NCBI GenBank assembly: GCA_963741205.1
Contig: CAVUHW010000012.1
Location: forward strand, 32,001-96,000
DNA from: Nitrospirota bacterium
Lineage (GTDB): Bacteria; Nitrospirota; UBA9217
Direction of reading: 5' to 3'
Length of the DNA stretch: 64,000 nucleotides
The notes under the pieces are model-generated. The model did not search any database, was not told the DNA's origin, and saw only the letters and a list, made by a program, of their open reading frames with translations. Shown here piece by piece: positions 20,674 to 37,717 of this stretch. Positions within the stretch are counted from its first letter, which is position 1. Every line of letters starts with the position of its first letter. Both the position numbers and the translations under genes were made by a program.

Positions 20674-21627
20674 CTAGCTCTTGGACATCTCCTGGAGCTT
20701 CTTGAGGCTCTCCCAGTCATCGTCCACGTACTTCTGGAACTGCGCCAGGAGCGCCTCGTTGCCCGGGGCAAAAAGGTGCTTGAACCTGCCCTGGGGCTTG
20801 AGCCACTCGGCAACGGGCTTCTTCCGGTCCTTGGGGTCGTAGTTGATCGTCCACTTGCCGCCTTCCACCTCGTACAGCGGCCAGTAGCAGGTATCGACCG
20901 CGAGGCGGGACAGCAGGATCGAATCGTTCGTCTGGGACCGCCAGCCGCGGTTGCAGGGGGACACGACGCCCATGTACGCGGGGCCGTTCGTGGCCAGCGC
21001 CTTCTTGACCTTGGTTATGAGGTCTTTCCAGTTGTGGGGCGACGCCTGCGCGGCATAGGCCACGTTGTGCGCGGCCATGATGCGCGTAAGGTCCTTGCGG
21101 CGCTGCGATTTGCCGGGCACCTTGGAGCCCACCGGTTGGGTGGTCGTGTCCGCGCCGAAAGGCGTTGCGCTCGAGCGCTGGATGCCGGTGTTCATGTACG
21201 CGCCGTTGTCGTAGCAGATGTAGAGCAGCTGGTGGCCGCGCTCCATGGCGCCCGAAAGCGCCTGGAACCCGATGTCATAGGTGCCGCCGTCGCCGCCGAA
21301 GGCGATGAACTTCATCTCCTTCTTGAGTTTGCCCTGCTTCCGGAGCGACCGGTACATGGTCTCGATGCCCGAGGCCGTTGCCGCGGCGTTCTCGAAGGCG
21401 CTGTGCATCCACGGCACTTTCCAGGCCGTGTACGGGAACAGGCAGGTCGAGACCTCGAGGCAGCCCGTTGCGTTCGCGATCACGACCGGTTCGTCGATGG
21501 CCATCAGGACCTGGCGTACGATGGTCGGCGCGCCGCAGCCGGAGCACATCCGGTGCCCGCCCGTTAGACGCTCCTGCTTGTGCGTGAGTGATTTCAGGGT
21601 CAAGGGTTTTTCCTGTGTCGTGCTCAT
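20674..21627 (-). CDS. porB: Pyruvate:ferredoxin oxidoreductase beta subunit
   Basis: GGHRMCSGCG, ATGCLEV, AFENAAA, GGDGGTYDIG TPP motif, YMNTGIQRS. Confidence 0.93.
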   Translation of the reverse strand: MSTTQEKPLTLKSLTHKQERLTGGHRMCSGCGAPTIVRQVLMAIDEPVVIANATGCLEVSTCLFPYTAWKVPWMHSAFENAAATASGIETMYRSLRKQGKLKKEMKFIAFGGDGGTYDIGFQALSGAMERGHQLLYICYDNGAYMNTGIQRSSATPFGADTTTQPVGSKVPGKSQRRKDLTRIMAAHNVAYAAQASPHNWKDLITKVKKALATNGPAYMGVVSPCNRGWRSQTNDSILLSRLAVDTCYWPLYEVEGGKWTINYDPKDRKKPVAEWLKPQGRFKHLFAPGNEALLAQFQKYVDDDWESLKKLQEMSKS

Positions 21628-21644
21628 GGTATTCTCCTTGGATA

Positions 21645-21722
21645 TAACCACGGAGTCACGGAGATACTGGAAATCTATTATCCGAATGCTTGTCAGCTTG
21701 CCTCTGCGTCCTCTGTGGTTAA
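21645..21722. repeat. Hairpin element between porA and porB
   Basis: AACCACGGAGTCACGGAG ... CTCTGCGTCCTCTGTGGTT inverted arms. Confidence 0.7.
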
Positions 21723-21731
21723 GGGTGTCTA

Positions 21732-22923
21732 TTAATTTCTGACCGTGATATATTCCTTCATCATGCTTCACCTTGCCGGTCTTTGCGACCTCGATGGTCT
21801 CATCGAGCACCTCATCCACAGTGAGCGGCATCAGGTCCCTGCCGCCGAGTCCGTAGATCTTGTTGAACATGAGCGGCCCCTGGCGATAGGGGTACACGGC
21901 GGGCGCGATCTCCATAAAGAGCGGGCCGTAGCCGCCGTAGGAATCCGCCCGGTCCATGACACAGACGGCCTTGGCGTTCTTGAGCGCAGCGCCGACTTCC
22001 TCGTACGGAAAGGGCCGGAACACGCGGGGCTTCAAGAGCCCTGCCTTCACGCCCTTGTCGCGGTAGCGGTCAACTTCGTCCTTGATCGTTCCGGCGGCGG
22101 AGTTGAGCGCAACGAGAACGATCTCGGCGTCTTCGAGGCGGTAGGATTCGAACAGATCGTATTTGCGGCCAAAGCATTTGGCAAACTCGTCCGAAACATC
22201 CTGGATGACCTTTTTCGCGTTCACCATGGCCTCGTGCTGCGCCCGCTTGTGCTCCATGTAATAATCCGGCAGGACCAGGGCGCCGATGCTCTTGGGGTTA
22301 TCGATGTCCAGGAGCGGGTCGATCGCGATATAGTCGCCGATAAACTTTTTCACCTCGTCATCGGGAAGGAACTGCATGCTCTCGATCGAATGGCTGATGA
22401 TGAACCCGTCCATGTTGACCGCGATCGGCAGCCGCACGTCCCTGTGCTCGGCGATCCGGTATGCCATGATCGTGTTGTCATAGGCCTCCTGGGCGTTCTC
22501 GCAGAATAGCTGGATCCAGCCGCAGTCGCGCATGCCCATGCCGTCGGAGTGGTCGCCGTGGATATTGAGCGGGGCCGAAAGCGCCCGGTTCACGAGCGCC
22601 ATCAGGATCGGCAGGCGGTAGCCCGAGGCGATGTGCAGCATCTCCCACATGAGGGCAAGGCCCTGAGCGCTCGTGGCCGTCGCCACTCTGCCGCCGGCTG
22701 CCGAGGCGCCGATGCAGGCGCTCATGGCGCTGTGTTCGCTTTCGACCAGGATCGTCTCGGTGTCCACCTTGCCGTTCGAAACGAAAGAGGTAAAGGATTC
22801 CATGATGCCCGTGGACGGCGTGATGGGATACGCCGGCATGACATCGGGGTTCAACTGGCGGAGCGCCTCTGCAACAGCCTGATTGCCGGTGACCGCCACG
22901 GTCTTTGTCGTCGTTACTGCCAT
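21732..22923 (-). CDS. porA: Pyruvate:ferredoxin oxidoreductase alpha subunit (3' frameshift)
   Basis: TGNQAVAEA, YPITPST, VESEHSAMS, TATSAQGL, IHGDHSD, YGLGGRD. Confidence 0.93.
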
Positions 22924-22924
22924 G

Positions 22925-23220
22925 TTATTTGCCCTCCTCTTCCATGACGATGGCCTTGTTGCCCTTCTTGCCCGGGCACTCCATGGCGCAGACGCCGCAG
23001 CCCTTGCAGTGGTCGTAATCGAAGCCTGATCATTTTCTCGTCCTTTACCATGACCGCAGTATCCGGGCAGTAGACCCAGCAGAAGAGGCACTGGATGCAG
23101 TTCTCCTCGATCCACCGCGGCTTGAGCGAACGCCACGAGCCCGTTTTATATTCATTCGCATTCCCGGCCTTCAAGCACCGTGCCGGCATGCGGCAGCTCT
23201 TTCCAGTTCATCTGTTTCAT
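22925..23220 (-). CDS. porD: Pyruvate:ferredoxin oxidoreductase delta subunit (2x[4Fe-4S]; frameshifts)
   Basis: YKTGSWRS..P, CIQCLFCWVYCPD, DYDHCKGCGVCAMECP. Confidence 0.9.
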
Positions 23221-23793
23221 CCTTCGCTTTACCTCCTCGTACCCGCGCTTTACCGCGGCGAGATTGCCGTCGATGATCTTCTGCGCGAACTTTTTCCCGA
23301 AGCTGCCCTTCACGTCCTCCAGCAGCACGTCCATGCCCACGATGCCGGTGGCGCGGTTCACCGCGCCGAGCATGCAGGAGTTCGGCATGGTCCTGCCGAT
23401 GGTCTCGATCGCGATCTTCGAGGCGTCCACGGTGAACACCTTCTGGGAGGGCTTCGCCTTCAGCTTCTCCCGCACTTCCTTCGGGTCCTTGCCCGTGTTG
23501 ACGACGAAGACGGCGTCGTCTTTTGCGCCCTCGGCAACATTGATCGCGTCGAGGAGCGTGGCGTCCACCACCGCCACGACGCCGGGGTTCAGCACCGGGC
23601 AGTGCATGCGGAGCGTCTTTTCGCTGATGCGGTTGTAAGCGCGCAGCGGCGCGCCTGCGCGCTCGGGCCCGTATTCCGGGAAAGCCTGCACATTGCGGCC
23701 GCCGGACAGACATGCGTCCGCGAGCACCTTGGCCGCCGTGACGGTCCCCTGACCGCCCCTGCCGTGCCATCTGATCTCAATCATTTCTGCCAT
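23217..23793 (-). CDS. porC: Pyruvate:ferredoxin oxidoreductase gamma subunit
   Basis: EIRWHGRGGQG, AFPEYGPERAGAP. Confidence 0.93.
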
Positions 23794-23817
23794 ACTAACC
23801 TCCCATCAAAGAGCTCA

Positions 23818-23923
23818 TTGGAAATTGAAGATTGGAAATTTGAAATTGCAAATTGTATAGGCTGTAAACACCGCGCCGAAGGCGCACCACAAATTTACAA
23901 TCACCAATTTTTCAGTCTGCAAT
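23818..23923. repeat. Heptamer-repeat hairpin element
   Basis: GAAATTG AAGATTG GAAATTT GAAATTG CAAATTG ... CAAATTT ACAATCA CCAATTT. Confidence 0.7.
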
Positions 23924-23942
23924 GAGTACCGCTTTGCGGGAC

Positions 23943-24647
23943 TCACATCTCCCTCCGCCCTTCGAGCGCCCGCTGGACGGTGTTTTCATCGGCGTACTCG
24001 ATGTCGCCTCCCACGGGAAGGCCGTAGGCGATGCGGCTCACGCTGATGCCCAGGGGCTTGATCAGCTTCGAAAGATAGAGGGCCGTGGTTTCGCCCTTGA
24101 CCGTCGGGTTCGTCGCGATGATGACTTCCTTGACCGCGCCGGACCTGAGCCGCTCCATGAGGCCGTCGATCCTGAGGTCTCCGGGGCCGACGCCGTCCAG
24201 GGGCGAGATGGCGCCCAGGAGCGCATGATAGCGGCCGCGGAAGATGCCGGTCTTTTCGAGGATCAGGATGTTGCTCGGCTCTTCAACCACGCAGATCCGT
24301 GTAGCGGTCCCGTCTTCTCATCGCGGCAGATGCCGCAGGGCTCGTCCTCGGTGATGTTGTTGCAAACGGTGCAGTACCGGCTGTTGTTCTTGAGGTCCAG
24401 GATGGCCTGCGGCGATCCCCGCTGCCTCGTCCTGCGACATGCCGAGCACGGCAAAGGCAAGGCGCTCGGCGCTCTTTCTGCCGATGCCGGGCAGCTTCAT
24501 GAAGGCCTCGACCATCCTGCCGAGCGCCTTGCCCGAAACTTCCGCTGCCTGCGCGCCGGCCTTCTCCCTGTTTCGGCTGTTCGAGGAAGTCCGGGACGAT
24601 TGCTCCTGTTCCTTCACTGCCGTCCTGTCCTGTTCACCTTGAATCAT
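23943..24647 (-). CDS. recR: Recombination mediator RecR (frameshifts; start uncertain)
   Basis: [14 protein letters not shown] Hh[51 protein letters not shown]. Confidence 0.93.
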
Positions 24648-24710
24648 AACTCATGGCTCTTAGCTCACAGCCATTGCGCAGAGCTATCAACCATGCGCAA
24701 TCAGCATGAT
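24642..24710. repeat. Heptamer-repeat hairpin element
   Basis: ATCATAA CTCATGG CTCTTAG CTCACAG ... GAGCTAT CAACCAT ... CAGCATGAT. Confidence 0.45.
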
Positions 24711-24717
24711 CCGCAAT

Positions 24718-25038
24718 CTAAAACATCCCCGGGGGAAGCCCCATGCCGGCGGTGAGCTTGCCCATTTCTTCCTTCATCAGGTCCTGCGATTTTCTGAGCG
24801 CTTCGTTCACCGCGGCAGTGACCAGGTCCTGGAGCATTTCGATGTCCTTCGGGTCGACCACCGAGGGGTCGATCTTGATGGAAAGGACTTCCTGCCGGCC
24901 GTTTGCAACGACGGTCACCATGCCGCCGCCGGAAGAGGCCTCAACGGTTTTTCCCCCGGCTTCTTCCTGGAGCTTTTTCACCCGCTCCTGCATCTGCTGG
25001 GCCTGTTTCATGATGTTGCTGAGCATGTTTTTTGACAT
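24718..25038 (-). CDS. ybaB: YbaB/EbfC nucleoid-associated protein
   Basis: MKQAQQMQ...[11 protein letters not shown]...[15 protein letters not shown]; located between dnaX and recR. Confidence 0.95.
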   Translation of the reverse strand: MSKNMLSNIMKQAQQMQERVKKLQEEAGGKTVEASSGGGMVTVVANGRQEVLSIKIDPSVVDPKDIEMLQDLVTAAVNEALRKSQDLMKEEMGKLTAGMGLPPGMF

Positions 25039-25251
25039 GGAATGTCCTGGACAAACGAGATTATAAAGCTGCTAAGAAGGCTTATATTAAAAGATATTTT
25101 GCGGTTTTGCAACAAAAAATGCGGGGTTTATGGAATATATAAAAAAATCAAATGATTCCCGACGGGCACATCGGGACGTATTTATGTTCTTCCGGGCAAT
25201 TATGACTCCAGCTGAGCCAGCAGTCATAGAGAGGTTTTCTTAAATGACCTG

Positions 25252-26903
25252 TCATGTTTCAGGGTTGTCGGCTTCGATCACCTCGCCGTCAAACAATTTG
25301 GCGACATCCTGGGCTAATGCATCATGTTCGTCAGGCTTGGTTTTTCTGGGGCTTTTCGGTTTTGATACCGGTTTCGTGGATGCTTCAATGGCCTGCACCT
25401 GAACTGATACCTTTTTACCCAGCACTTCCCCCGCAACCTGTTCAATTACGCTGCAATTTTCGGGTTTCTTTACCTGGCCTGCCTGAAAATCGCCTTTCAC
25501 TCCGATCACCAGCGTCGTATCTGAAGTCTCAAGAAGCCTGCTCTGGTCGAGAAACGGGGCAAGGCTCGGCTTAACTGATTTCAGCACGGTCATGACCCTG
25601 ATCCAGAGATCATGCACTCCGCCGCCAGCGGCTGCCGGTCGGGAAACAGCGGCTGCCGATGCCCGTCCGGCCGGTGCATAGGGTGCAGGCCCTTCGCTCA
25701 CCCGGTGCGCTGAGTGAGTTGCGGCATTAAGAGAAGCCGCCGGCGATTTGCCCGATGCAAGCCGCGCCTCGAGCTCCTTCATGCGGCCGAGGACGTCGGC
25801 GAGGGGCTTGAGCGGCGCGAGGCTGCAAGCCTTGATCAGCCCGATCTCGAGCGTGAAACGCTGGTGCGGCGACCAGCGCATCTCGTCGAGCGTCTTGGAC
25901 AGGCTGTCGAAGAGCATGAGCAGCTGTTCGGCATCCGCACTCGCCGCCTGCTGCCTGATGGCCTCGATGTCTGCTGCGGGAAGCTCGATGATGTGGGCAG
26001 GGTCTGCCGCGATCTTGACGACCATGAGGTTCCGCAGGTGCTCGACGACGCCGGACAGGAACTGGCGCATGTCCTGCCCCTGCTCCAGCAGGGCGTCGAC
26101 CGACTTCAGGAGGCCGGCGGCGTCGCGCGCAAGCAGGCCGGCGGCGAATTGCAACAGCCTCTCCTGGGCAACGGCCCCGAGGGTCGCCTGAAGGTCGTCG
26201 TCCTTTATTTCCATGCCGCTGTACGACACGGCCTGGTCCAAAAGGCTCTGGGAATCGCGCATACTGCCTTCCGCGGCGCGCGCGATCATGGCGAGCCCCC
26301 GGTCGGTTATCGTGATGCCCTCGGCAGCGGCGATCGTGCGGAGACGATCCGATGATATCATGGAGGGCAACGCGCTTGAAGCCGTAGCGCTGGCAGCGGG
26401 AATGGATCGTCGCGGGGATCTTTTGCGGCTCCGTGGTGGCGAAGATGAAGATAACGTGCGGCGGCGGTTCTTCGAGGGTCTTTAAGAGCGCGTTGAAGGC
26501 CTCGTTCGTCAGCATGTGGACTTCGTCGATGACGTAGACCTTGTTCTTGCCGCCCACGGGCGCGTACTTGACGGCCTCGCGCAGCTCGCGGATATGCTCG
26601 ATGCCGCGGTTCGACGCGCCGTCGATCTCGATGACGTCAACCGACGTGCCGGCCGCGGTCTCGAGACAGGAATCGCATTTGCCGCACGGCGTCGGCGTCG
26701 GCCCCTCTGCGCAGTTCAGCGCCTTTGCGAGGATGCGCGCCGTCGTCGTTTTTCCCACGCCGCGCGGGCCGGAGAACAGGAAGGCATGGGCCAGCCTGTC
26801 CCGAGGTGATCGCATTCTGGAGCGTCCGGGTGATGTGCCCCTGGCCGACCACGTCCTCGAATACCTGGGGCCTCCATTTTCGCGCCAGGACCTGATAACT
26901 CAT
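25252..26903 (-). CDS. dnaX: DNA polymerase III gamma/tau (frameshifts)
   Basis: [54 protein letters not shown]. Confidence 0.95.
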
Positions 26904-26927
26904 GAAACCCTCACGGAGAGAACCCGG

Positions 26928-27042
26928 TTAGCCATGGATGAACACTGATCAACACGGATGCAAATTCCTCTTTTGAGCTCCGCTTTCACCATACACAGGC
27001 GGCGTTGCCTTGATCCGTGTAAATCCTTGTCTACCGTGGCAA
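26928..27042. repeat. Hairpin element upstream of dnaX
   Basis: GCCATGGATGAACACTGATCAACACGGAT ... ATCCGTGTAAATCCTTGTCTACCGTGGC. Confidence 0.7.
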
Positions 27043-27065
27043 CAAAGTTTTCGCAATACAAAAAG

Positions 27066-27178
27066 GCTCATAAACCCGGGCACCCCTGCGGCACACCCGG
27101 AACCCGCTTACCGCTGCTTCCTTCCGGACCTGACGGGGTTCACGGGACCGCGGTTGCGCAGGACCCGGGCTCATGAGC
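27066..27178 (-). ncRNA. ffs: Signal recognition particle RNA (small bacterial SRP)
   Basis: GTCAGGTCCGGAAGGAAGCAGC helix-8 motif inside a long hairpin, upstream of dnaX. Confidence 0.95.
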
Positions 27179-27187
27179 GCGTTACTA

Positions 27188-27254
27188 TTTCGGATTTGTC
27201 GATTGCGGATTTCGGATTTTCCATTCCGCATTCCGCATTCCGCAATCCGCATTA
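27188..27254. repeat. Heptamer-repeat hairpin element
   Basis: CGGATTT GTCGATT GCGGATT TCGGATT ... ATTCCGC x3 AATCCGC. Confidence 0.8.
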
Positions 27255-27259
27255 AAATA

Positions 27260-27347
27260 TGGCGGAGAGGGTGGGATTTGAACCCACGTTAGGTTTCCCT
27301 AAACACGCTTTCCAAGCGTGCGCCTTCAGCCGCTCGGCCACCTCTCC
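27260..27347 (-). tRNA. tRNA-Ser(GGA)
   Basis: GGAGAGG acceptor, TT GGA AA loop, long variable arm, CCA end. Confidence 0.96.
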
Positions 27348-27359
27348 GTTTACTGCAAT

Positions 27360-27441
27360 TCAGGAGTGCAGAGTTAAGAGTTCGGATCACAGTCTCGTAT
27401 CTTTAACCGCCGAACTCCTGAACTCAGAACTCCGAACTCTG
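27360..27441. repeat. Heptamer-repeat hairpin element
   Basis: GGAGTGC AGAGTTA AGAGTTC GG ... CCGAACT CCTGAACT CAGAACT CCGAACT. Confidence 0.75.
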
Positions 27442-27453
27442 CTATTATGTACA

Positions 27454-27543
27454 TGGCGGAGAGGCCGGGATTTGAACCCGGGGTGGAGTTACCCCCACAA
27501 CAGTTTTCGAGACTGCCGCCTTCAGCCACTCGGCCACCTCTCC
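27454..27543 (-). tRNA. tRNA-Ser(CGA)
   Basis: Anticodon loop CT CGA AA, long variable arm, CCA end. Confidence 0.96.
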
Positions 27544-27550
27544 CTTAACT

Positions 27551-27626
27551 TCAGTTCGGAGTCGAGAGTTCTGGAGTAAACGGAGCGTACCCTTCACTCC
27601 GAAACTCCGAACTCGATACTCCAAAC
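27551..27626. repeat. Heptamer-repeat hairpin element
   Basis: AGTTCGG AGTCGAG AGTTCTGG AGT ... ACTCCGA AACTCCG AACTCGA TACTCCA AACT. Confidence 0.75.
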
Positions 27627-28087
27627 TATTTAGCTCTCAGCTTTTCAAAAAACTTCTGGAGCACTTCCCGGCACTCTGCTTCGAGCACGCCTGGCGTGAT
27701 GCGATACGTATGGTTCAGCCTCCCGTCCCGTACCACGTCATACACCGAGCCGAGCGCGCCTGCCTTGGGGTCCCTGCAGCCGTAGACCAGTCTGCCGACC
27801 CTCGCCAGCACCAGCGCCCCCGCGCACATGAGGCAGGGCTCCAGGGTCACATAGACCGTTGCGTCCGAAAGCCGCCACCTGCCGAGCCGTGCCGATGCTT
27901 CGCGGATGACCAGCAACTCGGCGTGAGCAGCTGGGTCCTGCCATGTCTCCCGCATGTTGCGGGCCGCGGCAACGACCTCATCGCCGATGACGAGCACCGC
28001 ACCGACCGGCGTCTCGCCGATGGCAGCGGCCTTTTCCGCCTCCGCCAGGGCCAGGCGCATAAAGTCTATATCGGTCAGCGGCTGCAT
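27626..28087 (-). CDS. tadA: tRNA adenosine(34) deaminase
   Basis: GETPVGAV, DPAAHAE, YVTLEPCLMCAGA, DPKAGA, LNH. Confidence 0.95.
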   Translation of the reverse strand: MQPLTDIDFMRLALAEAEKAAAIGETPVGAVLVIGDEVVAAARNMRETWQDPAAHAELLVIREASARLGRWRLSDATVYVTLEPCLMCAGALVLARVGRLVYGCRDPKAGALGSVYDVVRDGRLNHTYRITPGVLEAECREVLQKFFEKLRAK

Positions 28088-28157
28088 AGCAAGAGGTTCT
28101 CTTCTCCACTCTGTCTTTGTTACGAAATTGCCCCTTGCGTCTTGTGTGTCCGAATGT

Positions 28158-28234
28158 TGGCGCGCCCAAGAGGATTCGAACCTCTGGCCTACGGATTCGT
28201 AGTCCGTTGCTCTATCCAGCTGAGCTATGGGCGC
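28158..28234 (-). tRNA. tRNA-Arg(ACG)
   Basis: GCGCCCATAGCTCAGCTGGATAGAGC...CT ACG AA...CCA. Confidence 0.97.
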
Positions 28235-28317
28235 ATAATAAAGCGCACCGATGCGCAGAAAGCGCATCGGTGCATGAACGGATATAACGTATAACCCGGA
28301 ACTCCCGGCCGCCAGCG

Positions 28318-28829
28318 CTACTTGGACACTCCGCCGACGAGCGTGATCGCGATCTTTTCGTGCGGAAACGGATGGATTTCGGGATGCATCGAGTATACCC
28401 AGCCCTTCCACTCTTCTTTTCCCGGCTCCTGGACGACGATCTGAGCGGCGGGGTTGTTCGGCTTGTCTGACGCAGAGGTGATTTCCTTGTCGCCCATCTT
28501 GAAATCCGGGAGGAACGCAAGAACCTTCACCTTCATGTTCGTGTTCGGTATGGCCAGATCAGAGCCGATTGCCACGACATACTCCTTCGCGCTCTTTCCG
28601 GTCTTATCCTGGATATTAAGCTTCACGGCGGTCCACTTTGCCGCAATCTCTTTCGGCACGGTGACCGTGCGTTCTACCTTCGGCACATTTTGCATGCTGC
28701 GGCGGCATGCCGCCTTCCATTGCCGGATGTCCAGGCAGGCATCTGAGGCTTCTCCTCCTTCTTTTTGCATGCCCCGAACGAAACTGCAAGAACGACAACT
28801 ATAGCCACTGCAACCATCTTCTTCAACAT
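28318..28829 (-). CDS. Putative lipoprotein, DUF2155-like (frameshift)
   Basis: Signal MLKKMVAVAIVVVLAVSFGAC; C-terminal FLPDF...NPAAQI...KGWVYS.HP..HPF.H. Confidence 0.65.
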
Positions 28830-28917
28830 TGTGTTACCCTCCTTGGTATGTATGCCGACTGGTAATAAAATAATTACTCACTGCCCTACCGGGCATCCTG
28901 CCCTGCGTTTCCAACAA

Positions 28918-29007
28918 TGGCGGAGAGGCCGGGATTCGAACCCGGGGTGGAGTTACCCCCACAACTGCTTAGCAGGCAGCTGCCTTCAGCCGCTCGGCCA
29001 CCTCTCC
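28918..29007 (-). tRNA. tRNA-Ser(GCT)
   Basis: Anticodon loop CT GCT AA, long variable arm, CCA end. Confidence 0.96.
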
Positions 29008-29104
29008 CTTTACTACAGTACACAGTACGGAATTCGTAGTACAGATATGAAACGGGAACTACGCAATGTACGGATGTTGTATGCTCTGAATTCTTCTTTA
29101 TACA

Positions 29105-29190
<86 letters not shown>

Positions 29191-29223
29191 GGTTTTACCG
29201 ATTGTTTAAACCGTTCCAACCGC

Positions 29224-30521
<1,298 letters not shown>

Positions 30522-30548
30522 TTAAAGTATCATTCTCCTCTTCCATTG

Positions 30549-31337
30549 TCAATAACTTTTCTTGGCAATCCTGTTCTCGAGCGCCCTGATTTTGATCTGG
30601 ATGGCCTCGGGATTGGGGTAGAGGGACTCGATCTCTTTATAAATCGCAAGCGCCTCCTTCAGCCTGTCGCCTAACTCAAGGCATTCGGCAAGGGCAAACT
30701 TCGCTTTAATCGTGAGCTCCTTATCCTCATTGTGCTCAAGGGCCTTTCGGTAAAACTGCTCGGACAGGTCGAGCTCGCCTTTCGAAAAAGCCGCTGTTCC
30801 GAGCCGGAAGTACGCCAGTCGGGACTGCGGACCGTTCGGGAACTCGGCCAATTGCTGCAACCAGATCTCCCTCGCCTCTTGTATCTTGCCGGTGCGAAAG
30901 AGACACTCGGCAACGCTGTAGAGACTCTTTTCCCGGACGTCGCGGTTCGAGTATGCCGTTGCTTTTCGGTATTCCTCGATGGCCCTCCCATAATCGTTGT
31001 ACCCGAGTTCGTAGATCTGTGCGATGTACCACTGCGCGTGGGGAGCCATGTCGCGCCGCGGATAGGTCTTGAGCAAAAGCCGCAGTGTCTGGAGCGCCTT
31101 TTCGGTTTCGCCAAGGTATAAAAACTGCGTGACTCCGGCCCAGTAGAGCGCTTCGTCCGCTTTAGGGCTTGAGGGATGCTCTTTGACGAGCTCAAAATAT
31201 TGGGCTGACCGCAGCCTGATAATCTCCGGCATTCCAGCGCTTGGTCGCCGCTTCGTATTCGTTGCTCGCTGCCTTGTCGTACACGTCACACCCGGCCAGC
31301 AGGACCCCGATGAGAAGCGCTATGAACGCCGTCTTTT

Positions 31338-31341
<4 letters not shown>
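30549..31341 (-). CDS. TPR-repeat lipoprotein (BamD/CpoB-like; frameshift)
   Basis: Lipobox LLAGC, several TPR helices (HPSSPKADEALYW, YPRRDMAPHAQW). Confidence 0.75.
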
Positions 31342-33833
<2,492 letters not shown>

Positions 33834-33849
33834 GTTTTCCCGCATATCC

Positions 33850-33905
33850 GTAATTCGAATTTCTAAATCCTGATGAGCTTCGAATTTCGGACTTCGAAAT
33901 TCGTG
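33850..33905. repeat. Heptamer-repeat element between gyrB and gyrA
   Basis: ATTCGAA TTTCTAA ... CTTCGAA TTTCGGA CTTCGAA ATTCG. Confidence 0.6.
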
Positions 33906-33914
33906 CTTGTTTTG

Positions 33915-36498
<2,584 letters not shown>

Positions 36499-36507
36499 GT
36501 GCTTCCC

Positions 36508-37628
36508 CTACACCCTCATGGGCATGACGACGCACTTGTAGTGCTCGTTCGCCGTCCTCGGTGATGAGGCAGGGGCTCAAGGGGTCGCTCAGCTCGAGCG
36601 CGACGTTCTCCCGGTCCATGGCCGTGAGCACATCCATGAGGTAGCGGGAGTTGAACCCGATGGCGATGTCCTCGCCCTGGTAGTCCACGCCGAGCTCTTC
36701 GTTCGCTTCTCCGACTTCCGGGTTGTTCGTGGAGAGAACCAGCCGGTCCTTTTCGAGCTGCAGCTTTCACGGCGTTCGTCTTTTCCTTTGACAGGATCGA
36801 GACCCGCTTGACCGCATGGGTGAGCACTTCTTTGGAGACCGTCACTTTCTTCGTGCTCTTCGTGGGCAGAACCTGGAGATAGTTGGGGTAATTGCCGTCG
36901 ATGAGCTTCGACACCATGACGAGCCCGTCCCGTTTGAAGAGCGCATGGTTCTTGCTGAAACCCGAGCCGAAGCTCGGTCTGGGGCGCATCTTCCTCGAGG
37001 AGCCGCCGCAGCTCCATCATGGCCTTCTTGGGGATGATGATGCTCTCTTCCTTGTGCTTGGCATCGACCACGCGGTCGATCATGGAAAGCCGGTGGCCGT
37101 CGGTGCCGACCATGCGGATCTTGAGGCCTTGCTTGGCCTGGGTCATGTGCACGAACAGGCCGTTCAGCACGTACCGCGCGTCGTTTTCTCCGACGGAGTA
37201 GAGGGTCTTCCTGATCATGTCCCGGAGGGTCGTCGCCGTCAATGGCGATCATGCCCTCCTCCGCCACATCGGGAAGCGCGGGATACTCGTCCTTGGGCAG
37301 GCCCACCAGCTTGAACTGCGAATGGCCCGACAGGATCTTGACCCAGTTGCCGTCCTCAACATTGATCTGAACGTCCTCTGCCGGAAGCTCCCGGACGATC
37401 TCGTACATCTTCTTTGCGGATACGGTGACCGCCCCGGGTTTCTCGACCTCCGCGGCATAGCGGCCGCGCAGCCCGATCTCAAGATCCGTGGCGATGATCT
37501 CGATGACTCTTGCCTTCGGCGGTGAGGAGCATGTTCGAGAGGATGGGCATGGTGTTCTTTTTTTCCACGACGCCCTGGATTCTCTGCAACCCTTTCAGGA
37601 TTTCCTCTTTCTTGATTGTCAGTTTCAT
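36508..37628 (-). CDS. dnaN: DNA polymerase III beta clamp (frameshifts)
   Basis: [49 protein letters not shown]. Confidence 0.95.
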
Positions 37629-37717
37629 CTAGGGAAGCCTCCTGTCACATCCAAGAATAATATCAGAATACCGTTCAAATAGCAATAAAAATGTTTCGCC
37701 ATTTTACCCTTTATGTT

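Noticed and set aside
20674-23136. 820-aa PorA-PorB fusion ORF
   Set aside because: Created by indels that read through the porA stop and an intergenic hairpin; porB has its own AAGGAG SD and ATG at 21627.
26340-26380. Programmed -1 frameshift producing DnaX gamma
   Set aside because: The break falls inside the AAA+ region with no slippery A-run, unlike the known site after domain III.
27188-27626. CRISPR array
   Set aside because: The repeats are 7-nt degenerate units and tRNA genes, not 25-45 nt repeats with unique spacers; no cas genes in the window.
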